In this document: positions 1-8,440 of the stretch, one piece after another
Numbering within the stretch: position 1 is the stretch's first letter
Layout: every line of letters begins with the position of its first letter
From: Armatimonadia bacterium
GTDB taxonomy: Bacteria > Armatimonadota > Zipacnadia > Zipacnadales > UBA11051
Assembly: GCA_039683575.1 (NCBI GenBank)
Contig: JBDKRC010000069.1
Location: 1 to 30,347, forward strand
Direction of reading: 5' to 3'
DNA length: 30,347 nucleotides
Position numbers and translations under genes: made by a program
Notes under the pieces: generated by a model
Told to the model about the DNA's origin: nothing
Database searches by the model: none
The model's input: the letters and a program-made list of their open reading frames with translations, nothing else

Positions 1-775
1 CGTTGACCTCGATCTCGGAGAGCACCACGGGGTTGAGCCCGTCATCCACGCGGTAGAAGTTGTTGCCCCATCCCGTCCCACGCGCCTCGCTCATGGCGCT
101 GATCGAGAACACCGCTTCGGGCCAGCCAGAGGCCACCCGCGTGTCTTCCCAGACTTGCCGCGACTCCTCGCCGTGGTCCTTCACCCAGTCCATCCAGCGC
201 TTGATATCCAGCCCGCCAACGCGGAAGGGCAGTCCGATGGCCTGGTCAGTCTTGTCGAATTCAGCCCCTGCCCACGCGTAGATGTCGCCGTCGCCGGTGG
301 CATCCACGATGATCTTCCCCATCGCGGCGAAAGCCCCGGCTTTGGACTGGCAGACGACGCCACGGATGCGTCCGTCTTCAGTGATGGCATCGCTGATCCA
401 CGCATGGTGGATTATGTTGACCCCAGCCTCTTTGCACAGCTTGAGGCTGATCCACTTCAGGGCTTCGGGCTCAAAGTAGGACGAGTCGCCGTCCCGTTCG
501 CGGAACCACGCCTCCCCCACCTCAACCATCCTATCCCGCATCTCAAGCCCCAGACCGCCAATGGTCTGGCGGCCATTGTCGATGAAATGCGGCAAGACCA
601 GCACTAACCCACCAGTAGCCAGCCCGCCGAGGTGGTTGTAGCGCTCGATCATGGTAACACGTGCCCCGGCGCGGGCAGCGGCGAGGGCGGCAGCAGTGCC
701 ACCGGGGCCGCCCCCGCAAACGAGTACGTCGGTTTCGATGAGGACGGCGACTTCGCGGGCTTCAAGGCGGATCAT
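1..775 (-). CDS. FAD-dependent oxidoreductase (FAD_oxidored/Pfam12831-like), truncated by the window edge
   Basis: Not in the ORF track; translated by hand. MIRLEAREVAVLIETDVLVCGGGPGGTAAALAAARAGARVTMIERYNHLGGLATGGLV contains the GxGxxG FAD motif and the LGG..T.G motif. GGAG RBS upstream; the same frame reads WGNNFYRVDDGLNPVVLSEIEVN at the window edge. Confidence 0.9.
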   Translation of the reverse strand, partial: MIRLEAREVAVLIETDVLVCGGGPGGTAAALAAARAGARVTMIERYNHLGGLATGGLVLVLPHFIDNGRQTIGGLGLEMRDRMVEVGEAWFRERDGDSSYFEPEALKWISLKLCKEAGVNIIHHAWISDAITEDGRIRGVVCQSKAGAFAAMGKIIVDATGDGDIYAWAGAEFDKTDQAIGLPFRVGGLDIKRWMDWVKDHGEESRQVWEDTRVASGWPEAVFSISAMSEARGTGWGNNFYRVDDGLNPVVLSEIEVN

Positions 776-907
776 TGATAGAACTCCGGAAAAGAGTGGC
801 TGTAATGGGGCATATTTCGTCGCTATGCAGCGTTTCTCCTCCCTGAAGGAACCAGTACGGCCAGAGTGAAAGCAGTTGGCCCATTAGTTGCCGCCAGAAG
901 AGCCGCC

Positions 908-1750
908 CTATGCTTCGGCATCGTCCGTGCCGATGTCCTGCCGGAAGTCCAACTGCATTATGTCGTCGCGCTTGAAGGAGCGGTTCACCCCGCCAACCTT
1001 CAGAACCACCGTCGTCTCATCGGCCGAAACTAGCTCGCCGGTAAAGGCCCGTCCATTGCGAAGACGCACGACCGCCTGCATCGGCCCCGGCGCCAATATT
1101 TTCACAGCGTCAGGGCATACCGCCGCCACGCTAACCGCCGGAATCGGTGCGCGGCCAGCGAAATGCAGCGTCGGCGGGTCAGGGGTGATCTTCTCCAACT
1201 TGCCGAAGAAACTCTCGCCGCTGGTAAGTACGACCAAATCCGGCGCGACTATCGCCGGCGCTGGCTTGCCGCTCACACTCGTGCGAATCGCCCAGTTGCC
1301 TTCGCGAACAACTCGTCTGAGGCCCCCCGGTGTCCATACAAACGAGTTCGGCGGGTTCGCGTCGGTGATCTCCTCCGGATTGGCATATGGCGTGAGGGCA
1401 ATGCCATAGTGGCGCGGCACCTGCAGTGACGGGATCGGGACCTGAACCCAACCTTCTTCGAGGGGCGGCGGCAGAATCGCCTCGATGATGTGGATGACCC
1501 GCATGTCCTGGTCAACGAGATACAGGCGCGGGTGGAGTACGTCCGGATATTCACTCATCCGGAATTCCAGCTTGGTCAGCCACATCCCATCCCGCCCCGC
1601 ATCGAACATCCGGACCGCGACCTCGCTGCCTGGGCCGCCCAAGTAACCCGAAGGCCCGGGCGGCGGGCCCTCCTCCTGCGCCTGTCCGGCGCAGGCAGCG
1701 GTCCATAGCCCCGCCGCGATTAGGAACAACTTGACGGTAGTCCTCAGCAT
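908..1750 (-). CDS. Secreted hypothetical protein with C-terminal LSM/SH3-like 'L.NG....G.L' modules
   Basis: 280-aa ORF with a signal peptide (MLRTTVKLFLIAAGLWTAACAGQA) and GGGAG RBS. Two related segments: DLVVLTSGESFFGKL and AVVRLRNGRAFTGELVSAD. Confidence 0.75.
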   Translation of the reverse strand: MLRTTVKLFLIAAGLWTAACAGQAQEEGPPPGPSGYLGGPGSEVAVRMFDAGRDGMWLTKLEFRMSEYPDVLHPRLYLVDQDMRVIHIIEAILPPPLEEGWVQVPIPSLQVPRHYGIALTPYANPEEITDANPPNSFVWTPGGLRRVVREGNWAIRTSVSGKPAPAIVAPDLVVLTSGESFFGKLEKITPDPPTLHFAGRAPIPAVSVAAVCPDAVKILAPGPMQAVVRLRNGRAFTGELVSADETTVVLKVGGVNRSFKRDDIMQLDFRQDIGTDDAEA

Positions 1751-1850
1751 AGTGCTCCCCCTTCATCTGATTTCTGACGCACAACGCTCTTCCGGCACAC
1801 AGCGACTGGTACTACTGTCAATAGTTGCTGCATCCGGTGCTCGCAGACTG

Positions 1851-2882
1851 CTACCGCTGCACCCGCCCGCTCCCGCCGCCCTTGATGAGCGCCTCGACTT
1901 CGGATACACTCACTGCGTTGAAGTCACCGTGGATGCTGTGCTTCAGGCAGCTTGCCGCGACTGCGAAGTCAATGCATGCCTGCGGCTCGCGCCCGTCGAG
2001 CATCGCGAAGATCAGGCCGCCGCAGAAGCTGTCGCCGCCGCCTACGCGGTCTACGATGTGCGTGATGTCATACAGCGGCCCGACGAACATCTCGCCGCCC
2101 TGATAGAGAATCCCGCTCCACGTGTTGTGTGACGCGCTGAGGCTGCCGCGCAGGGTAATGGACACCTTCTTGAGGTTCGGGAACTTCGCGGTAAGCCCCT
2201 CGGCCACTTCGCGATAAGCGTCGGCCTCGACCTTTCCGCCCTCGACATCCGCTCCGGAGGCGCTGATGCCGAAGACCTTCTCGGCATCTTCTTCGTTGCC
2301 GATGGCGACATCGCAAAGTGCCACGAGATCAGGCATCACCTCGGAAGCCTTCTTCCCGTACTTCCACAGGTTCTTGCGATAGTTGAGGTCCGCCGACACC
2401 GTCAGCCCCTTGGCCCGGGCCGCTTTGATGGCCTCGAGACATACGTCTGCCGCGCCCTGGCTGATCGCCGGGGTGATGCCGGTCCAGTGAAACCAATCCG
2501 CGCCATCGAAGGTCTTATCCCAGTCAATGTCACCGGGCTTGACCTCAGCTATGGCCGAGTTGGCGCGGTCGTAGACAACCTTGGAGCCCCGCTGAACCGC
2601 TCCACTCTCAAGAAAGTAGATGCCGAGGCGGTCCCCCTGGCGGACGATGTAACTGGTGTCAACTCCCCACTGGCGGACAGCATTCAGACAAGCCTGGCCC
2701 AGGTCGTTCTTGGGCAGAGCGGTCACGAAACGGGCCTTCATGCCATAGTTGGCAAGGCTGACGGCCACGTTGGCCTCTCCCCCGCCGTAGGTGACCTCGA
2801 ACTCGCTGGCCTGGGCAAAGCGCTCAAAGCGCTTCGTCGCCAGGCGCATCATGATCTCACCAAAGGTTACAACAGTAGCCAT
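1851..2882 (-). CDS. kdgK: 2-dehydro-3-deoxygluconokinase (PfkB family sugar kinase)
   Basis: VVTFGEIMMRL, GGGEANVA, FHWTGITPA, DLNYRKNLW, DRVGGGDSF. Start moved to 2882, where AGGAGG precedes ATG. Confidence 0.88.
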   Translation of the reverse strand: MATVVTFGEIMMRLATKRFERFAQASEFEVTYGGGEANVAVSLANYGMKARFVTALPKNDLGQACLNAVRQWGVDTSYIVRQGDRLGIYFLESGAVQRGSKVVYDRANSAIAEVKPGDIDWDKTFDGADWFHWTGITPAISQGAADVCLEAIKAARAKGLTVSADLNYRKNLWKYGKKASEVMPDLVALCDVAIGNEEDAEKVFGISASGADVEGGKVEADAYREVAEGLTAKFPNLKKVSITLRGSLSASHNTWSGILYQGGEMFVGPLYDITHIVDRVGGGDSFCGGLIFAMLDGREPQACIDFAVAASCLKHSIHGDFNAVSVSEVEALIKGGGSGRVQR

Positions 2883-2898
2883 AACACGTTCCTCCTGA

Positions 2899-2925
2899 GC
2901 GCAAACTGCGCCGCGCAGATTGCGC
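2899..2925. promoter_or_regulatory. Imperfect inverted repeat just upstream of the kdgK RBS (possible operator or leader hairpin)
   Basis: GCGCAA-a-CTGCG-ccg-CGCAG-a-TTGCGC. Confidence 0.3.
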
Positions 2926-3054
2926 GCTTGATACAAAACCGGAATGTCCACCGGGCGGCAAGCATTTCGCCGCTGGCAGCAGCTATCCCTTCTCACCCAC
3001 CACGCTCGTCGGAGGCCACCTGTGGCAGAATCGCTGAGTTCCCCGGTCGCATCC

Positions 3055-3693
3055 ATGGCGTCGCCGTTTCGCAGCCCGCGGCGCTACTTGCTCCCTGCCA
3101 TTGTGCTGATTAGCTGGCTGGCGCTGGTGACAGTGGTGCTGGTGGCCGACCAGCCGGTCGAGAGGTACTGGGATCGTCTGACGGAGAATGTGGCGGTGGC
3201 GGACGGCGTGGCGGTCTTTCTGACGCTGCTGGTCAGCTACCACTCCATCGGGCTCGGGCTGCTGCTGCTATGCTTGCTGGATCGTCGGCTACGATGGCAG
3301 TTCATGCGCCACGCGGCGGTGCTCATGCTCGGGCAGGCGGTCCTCTGCGGCCTCATCAAGCAGCTTTTCGGCCGGCTACGGCCGAACGTTGCGGCAGAGG
3401 CCACCATCTTCTATGGCCCCTCTACCAGCTTCATGAGCTTCTCGTTCCCTTCCGGCCATGCCACGGCTGCCTGGACCCTTGCTGGCATCATGAGCACCTA
3501 CTATCCGCGCTGGAAGTGGCTGTTCATGATTCTCGCGACGGCTGTTTGCCTCTCGCGGGTGCAGCTTGACCGCCACTTCCCCAGCGACATCCTGGCCGGA
3601 GGCCTCCTCGGCTGGTATCTGGCGGTATGGACCCTCAAATGGCTACGGCGGCCTGCCCGGCCCGAGAAAGCCCCCGAGCCCGCGGCCGCATGA
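3055..3693 (+). CDS. PAP2 family membrane phosphatase
   Basis: C1 KQLFGRLRP, C2 FPSGHA and C3 SRVQLDRHFPSD motifs with several hydrophobic helices. Start taken at ATG 3055. Confidence 0.9.
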   Translation: MASPFRSPRRYLLPAIVLISWLALVTVVLVADQPVERYWDRLTENVAVADGVAVFLTLLVSYHSIGLGLLLLCLLDRRLRWQFMRHAAVLMLGQAVLCGLIKQLFGRLRPNVAAEATIFYGPSTSFMSFSFPSGHATAAWTLAGIMSTYYPRWKWLFMILATAVCLSRVQLDRHFPSDILAGGLLGWYLAVWTLKWLRRPARPEKAPEPAAA

Positions 3694-3897
3694 GCTGTCT
3701 CTCCCAGCAGTTCCCACATCGTCTGTCATGCTGAACGAAGTGAAGCATCCCCCAAACGAGGGATGCTTCACTGGTTCCTCCCGCGACAGGCGGCCGCATG
3801 AGCTGTCTCCCCCAGCAGTTCCCACCTCATCTGTCATGCTGAACGAAGTGAAGCATCCCCCCAACGAGGGATGCTTCACTGGTTCGTCCCGCGACAG
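3682..3897. repeat. 108-bp direct tandem duplication containing a TGTC/CGTC-type REP-like hairpin
   Basis: Units 3682-3789 and 3790-3897 are nearly identical. Each has TGTCATGCTGAACGAAGTGAAGCATCCC...GGGATGCTTCAC. Confidence 0.92.
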
Positions 3898-3930
3898 CGC
3901 ATCCAAAGCCCCCCACAAAATGGTATGTGG

Positions 3931-5082
3931 TTACACTTCGGCTGTCACCTGACGTAGCACCTGCAACAGTGCGCGCGCCGAGTTCTCCCACGTCAATTGG
4001 CAGGCCCTGGCGTGCCCCTTGGCTATCAACTCCTCACGCAGTTCCCCCTCCTGCAGCACCCGCGCGATCGCCGCAGACAAGGCTTCCACATCATAGGGAT
4101 CAACCAGGAGCGCCGCCCCGCCCGTCACTTCGGGCAGCGAGGCGGCCGTAGAGCTAACCACCGGAGTGCCGCAGGCCATGGCCTCCACCGGGGGAAGCCC
4201 GAAGCCCTCGTAGAGCGAGGGGTAGGCAAAACAGGACGCAAGCGTATACAGCGAAGGCAGTTCGTCATCGTCCACATAGCCTGTGAACCGCACGCCCTCC
4301 CCCACCTCCCGCGCCAACTCAGGCAGATTGTCCGCCAGCCAGCCCTGCTTGCCGGTGATGACCAGCGCATAGTCACGACGCAGCTCGGGTTCGAGCATCT
4401 GGTACGCCCTGATCAATCCCGCAATATTCTTGCGAGGCTGGAGCACCCCAACTGACAGGATGAAGCGCTCAGGAAGCTTGTACCTACGCCGCACCTCCTC
4501 CAGGCGCTGCTGGTCCGTCACCGGTGCAAAAGCCTCATCAACCGCATATGGGACCACGTGAAGCTTGCCCGCGGCGTGAGGGTAATGCCGCAGGATCTCC
4601 CCCTCTGCGAAGCTGCTGCCGGTGGTAACAGCCGCCGCGCGCCGTATGGTACCTGGGATGAAGGCATTGAGGACCATCCGGTCACGCCGCGGGAAAGTCT
4701 CGGGCATGGTGCGCCAGACGGTATCGTGGAGACTGGTGACAATCGGGCAGGGCGCGGCGAAAGGGCCCATGTACTGTATCAGGCCAACATCAGCCCGCAC
4801 CTGCCGCAGCGCCCGGGGAAAGGCCTGAAGCATCCAGAGGTAGCCTTTCGGGCGTGGAGCCAGGTGTAGCTCGAGCGGCGGGGTACCGGGTGGAAGGTTG
4901 GCGAACCCTATCCGGTCGAGCAGACCGAGCAAGCCCTGTGGTAACGGCTCCTGTGCGACCAGCACCACTTCAAGCTGCTCGTCGCGGGATAGGCGGGTCA
5001 GCCCTTTGACAAACCCGCGCGTGACCGTGCGGTCGCCGGTCTTGGGGGAGGCTAGAGTTCGGGCGTCGATGGCAATGCGCAT
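3931..5082 (-). CDS. Glycosyltransferase family 4 (group 1)
   Basis: MRIAIDAR start, [11 protein letters not shown], and [21 protein letters not shown] (EX7E motif). Confidence 0.93.
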   Translation of the reverse strand: MRIAIDARTLASPKTGDRTVTRGFVKGLTRLSRDEQLEVVLVAQEPLPQGLLGLLDRIGFANLPPGTPPLELHLAPRPKGYLWMLQAFPRALRQVRADVGLIQYMGPFAAPCPIVTSLHDTVWRTMPETFPRRDRMVLNAFIPGTIRRAAAVTTGSSFAEGEILRHYPHAAGKLHVVPYAVDEAFAPVTDQQRLEEVRRRYKLPERFILSVGVLQPRKNIAGLIRAYQMLEPELRRDYALVITGKQGWLADNLPELAREVGEGVRFTGYVDDDELPSLYTLASCFAYPSLYEGFGLPPVEAMACGTPVVSSTAASLPEVTGGAALLVDPYDVEALSAAIARVLQEGELREELIAKGHARACQLTWENSARALLQVLRQVTAEV

Positions 5083-5106
5083 GTGGTTGGGAATGGGTTC
5101 GGCAGG

Positions 5107-7062
5107 TTACGCGAAGTGCGCCTCGTCGCCGGGTTGAGCGACATCAAGCGGCGCGCGCAGGGTAACCCGCAAGCCTTGCGGCTCATTGGGCTCCACAGTG
5201 ATTGTCCCCCCTACTTCACGCAGGCGCTCCCGAATGCTGAAGAGGCCGAAACCGCCGCTGGTAGGCGTCTGGGGCTGCTCCGGTAAGCCTCGCCCCAGGT
5301 CCGCAACAGTCACCACCGCTTCATTCCCCTCCCGCGCAAAGATCACCTCCGCCTGGTCGGTCTCGGCATGCTTCACTACATTCGTAAGCAACTCCCGGAT
5401 ACAGTTGAAGACCAGTATCCGGACGATGTCATTGGGCACGTCCAGTTGCTGGTCATCGCGCACTGTCACCGTCAGCCCGTGGCGCTTGGCATACTGAGTT
5501 GTCAGTTGCTTGACCGCCGCCACCAGCCCTCCCTGGTACAATGCAGGAGGGCTCACGTCATTGATGATCATGCGACTCGCGTCAATTGCTTCCTGGATGC
5601 CGGACTGGATGTCCGCGAGACTCTGCTGCGCTTGATCCTCGGATTCGCCGTTCAGAAGCTGAAGCCTCATCTTTATGAAGCCGAGATACTGGACCACGGT
5701 ATCGTGCAACTCGGCGGCCACCTGTCGTCGCTCGCTCTCCGCCGTGGCGCTCAGACGGACCGACAGCTTGTGTAAGTGATCATCTGCCTGCTTCAGGTCC
5801 TCCTCCAGTCGCCTGCGCTCGGCGGCTTGCGCCTGCAACTGCTCCGTGGTCTTGGCGAGGTCAAGACGCTCCTGCGCCAGTTGCTTCGCCAGCACATCCT
5901 GAGTGGCGGCCACCTTCGACACCATTTCGTTGAACACGTTGGCCACACTGCCAATCTCATCGCCGCGGTTGGTGGACAGGCGGGTGTTCATATCGCCCTC
6001 GGCAACCAGTTGCGAGGCCTCGGCCATGGTCATGATCGGCCGGGCTATGCGATGGGCCACATACGAGCCGATGAGCAGGCTAACGAGCAGAGCCAACATA
6101 GTTATCCCCACCCAGACCAAGGACCAGCGACGCAGCCCGGCGTAGGCTTCCTCAGCGTCAATCTTCGCGACCACTCCCCAGCCGGTGGCGGGAACGCTGT
6201 GGTAGCCGGCCATTACGAGCACGCCGCGATAGTCTTTGGCTATGACCGCTCCCGCTACACCCGTCACTGCCCGCCGAGCGGGTTCGGCCATGATCCTGAG
6301 ACGGAGGACTGCCTTCGCCAGGTGCCGCAGATCCTTGAGAACCACCCCGTTCCTGTCCACCAGTACAATCTCGCCGCTATCCCCCAGTTCGCCGTGCTCT
6401 TCGATGTATGGGTATACATGGTTGGCCAGACCGATGATCCACAGGACCGCCGCCACTGGACGCTCTGAGGCAGCCGCCGTCGGCCGCCACACCGTCTGGA
6501 CGGCATCAACCACAGGTATCCCATCCTCTTCTCGTCCGTGGGGGTCAGACAGCCAGGGCTGGCGCCTGGTCGCCAGACTGGCCAGACTATACTCTCGCGC
6601 CGTGGCAGCCGCCGCGGCCTCGGTCCGATAGCCTGTCCAGGCCAGCAGCCGCCCGTCATTGAGGCCCACAATCGCGACCTGCCCCTCGCGCCCACCACCC
6701 GCGGCGAAGTACGCCCCCAACTGTGACTCCAGCCAGGACCGGTACTCCCCGTGTGCGTCCTCCCTTGACGCAAGTGCGGCAATGGCTTGTCGTACCCGAG
6801 GCTCGTCCGCAAAGTCGGCGAGATTCTCCCGCCACCCGGTCGCAAGGCCCTCAATAATGTCGGCCCGCGCTGCCGCCAGGGCACTGACGTGTGACAGGGC
6901 CTCGTTCCTGATCTCCTGATGGCCCAGATGCCCAAGGACCACTCCGCAAAGCACAACCGGCGCTACAGCCAGCATGACCGTGAACCACATCAGGGTCCCA
7001 CGGAGCGAGCGGGATCGTGAAGGAGGCAACTCAAGAACGTGCAACGGCGTGTCTGAGAGCAT
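5107..7062 (-). CDS. Membrane sensor histidine kinase (Cache-like sensor, HAMP, HisKA_3, HATPase)
   Basis: Two TM helices; DYRGVLVMAGY...WGVVAKID (Cache-like); HAMP ARPI...RGDEIG; H-box ERRQVAAELHD; ELLTNVVKHA, DLGRG and GFGLFSIRERL. Confidence 0.92.
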   Translation of the reverse strand: MLSDTPLHVLELPPSRSRSLRGTLMWFTVMLAVAPVVLCGVVLGHLGHQEIRNEALSHVSALAAARADIIEGLATGWRENLADFADEPRVRQAIAALASREDAHGEYRSWLESQLGAYFAAGGGREGQVAIVGLNDGRLLAWTGYRTEAAAAATAREYSLASLATRRQPWLSDPHGREEDGIPVVDAVQTVWRPTAAASERPVAAVLWIIGLANHVYPYIEEHGELGDSGEIVLVDRNGVVLKDLRHLAKAVLRLRIMAEPARRAVTGVAGAVIAKDYRGVLVMAGYHSVPATGWGVVAKIDAEEAYAGLRRWSLVWVGITMLALLVSLLIGSYVAHRIARPIMTMAEASQLVAEGDMNTRLSTNRGDEIGSVANVFNEMVSKVAATQDVLAKQLAQERLDLAKTTEQLQAQAAERRRLEEDLKQADDHLHKLSVRLSATAESERRQVAAELHDTVVQYLGFIKMRLQLLNGESEDQAQQSLADIQSGIQEAIDASRMIINDVSPPALYQGGLVAAVKQLTTQYAKRHGLTVTVRDDQQLDVPNDIVRILVFNCIRELLTNVVKHAETDQAEVIFAREGNEAVVTVADLGRGLPEQPQTPTSGGFGLFSIRERLREVGGTITVEPNEPQGLRVTLRAPLDVAQPGDEAHFA

Positions 7063-7257
7063 GCATCACCTCAGATGGCGGCGGTATTCCCAGCAGAACC
7101 TCTGACTGTTGCGCGGACGCAAAGGTGCAGGCGGTGGTGGCTGAAAACGCGGCGGAAGACGCCGTATTGAGGGGATTCTCCGGTCGAGGCGTCGAAGTAT
7201 GGGAAAGTCATGTCCAGCGGGGGGGGCCGGGATGCTGACACGCAGGGAGTGATCCAA

Positions 7258-7671
7258 ATGCGCCACCTACCGATGATCCTGGCACTCACGGGGTTGTTCG
7301 CTACTACTACGACGAGCGTGTGGCCACAGGCCAGACTACCCGAACCGGTCCAAGTGGTCCCGGCACGCCCTCCCCAATCCACCATGCTCGTCATGCCGAT
7401 GCCTGAGGCAATGCTCGATAGGGTGAGCCGAGGCACTCTCACCGCCAGATTCCCGCCCGAAGTGCTGGATTCGGTGCTGCGCGGCGCCTACCACATGCCC
7501 TCTCAGCCGAGCCTGCCTCCGCTTCCTGAGCCACCATACCGGGTCACACCCGAGGGTGAAATCCAACACCGGCTGCTGGCCGCGCCAACCTCAGCTCCCG
7601 GTTGGCGTCTTGTGGCCCCTGAACTGCTGCCGGGCCCCTCGGCAAGCCCTAGTACGGCTCCGCGGCCATGA
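7258..7671 (+). CDS. Small Pro-rich secreted hypothetical protein
   Basis: GGAG RBS before ATG 7258 and a signal-like N-terminus (MRHLPMILALTGLFATTT). Its 3' end overlaps the convergent gene by 23 bp. Confidence 0.5.
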   Translation: MRHLPMILALTGLFATTTTSVWPQARLPEPVQVVPARPPQSTMLVMPMPEAMLDRVSRGTLTARFPPEVLDSVLRGAYHMPSQPSLPPLPEPPYRVTPEGEIQHRLLAAPTSAPGWRLVAPELLPGPSASPSTAPRP

Positions 7672-8434
7672 CCGTGTCATCGTTGCAGGCCACGATCCGA
7701 TGCTTCGGCGGTACGACCAGGAAGTCTTCATCCCACTGCCCGTAGAATAGCTTCCTGAGCAATGACCAGTCACCCTTGCGCCGCTCAAAGGTCCAACCCC
7801 GCTCCTGCGCCTCCGCTTCTGCGCGCTCGATGAAGGGCGCTTCGTCGCAGACCTCCATCTCCAGGTACAGGCTCCGCGTGTAGTGCTTCATCCAGCCACC
7901 GAGGCTCTCGACGATGAAGTCGGCGTTGTCCTTGCCATACTTCTGCACCATCACCTCATACGGCTCGGTCAAGCCCAGCTTCGCCATGACGCCCTCGCGC
8001 CCATACGCAGGGGTGGAGTAACCCTCCTCACCGAACTTGTTGCGCTCCGTCCAGCCGGTGGTCAGGTAGTAGGTGCCCGGGTACTCGTTGAAGTACCGCT
8101 GGAACTCAGATCGCGACCCGAAGAAGAACGTGATGCAGTCGTGCGCCCGCGGTATTACCAGAGGTATGCCCCGCGCCTGCAGCCCCACCAGGCCATCATT
8201 GCACCTCGCATAGCCCAGCAGGATAGCCTCATAGCCGGCATCCTCGGGCACGGCATCCACAACCCGCTGCATGTGGGCCAGCATGTCCTCGCGCGGCAGA
8301 TCGTGGAGCCCCTTCAGGCAAAACTCCACATCCACCTGGTGCGGGCCCGTGGCCGCCAGAAAGCACGCCTCGCGGTAGATGATCTCGCAGCCCAGGAACT
8401 TCAGTTTCCGTGATTGTACGTTGTCGTTCGTCAT
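7649..8434 (-). CDS. DUF1638 domain protein
   Basis: FLGCEII.RE, GLH, ILLGYARC, IPRAHDCITFFFGS, PGTYYLTTGW, L..LFYGQWDEDFLVVPP. GGAG RBS overlaps the upstream stop codon. Confidence 0.85.
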   Translation of the reverse strand: MTNDNVQSRKLKFLGCEIIYREACFLAATGPHQVDVEFCLKGLHDLPREDMLAHMQRVVDAVPEDAGYEAILLGYARCNDGLVGLQARGIPLVIPRAHDCITFFFGSRSEFQRYFNEYPGTYYLTTGWTERNKFGEEGYSTPAYGREGVMAKLGLTEPYEVMVQKYGKDNADFIVESLGGWMKHYTRSLYLEMEVCDEAPFIERAEAEAQERGWTFERRKGDWSLLRKLFYGQWDEDFLVVPPKHRIVACNDDTVMAAEPY

Positions 8435-8440
8435 GTGCTC

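Noticed and set aside
3682-3897. CRISPR array or repeat-protein ORF (3566..3952)
   Set aside because: Only two full-length units with no unique spacer and no cas genes. The repeated peptide is a by-product of the duplication.
7090-7145. GGACGCAAAG resembles the c-di-GMP-I (GEMM) riboswitch core
   Set aside because: The upstream GGCAAAC and GNRA-capped stem and the downstream receptor stem are not evident. An Infernal search would settle it.
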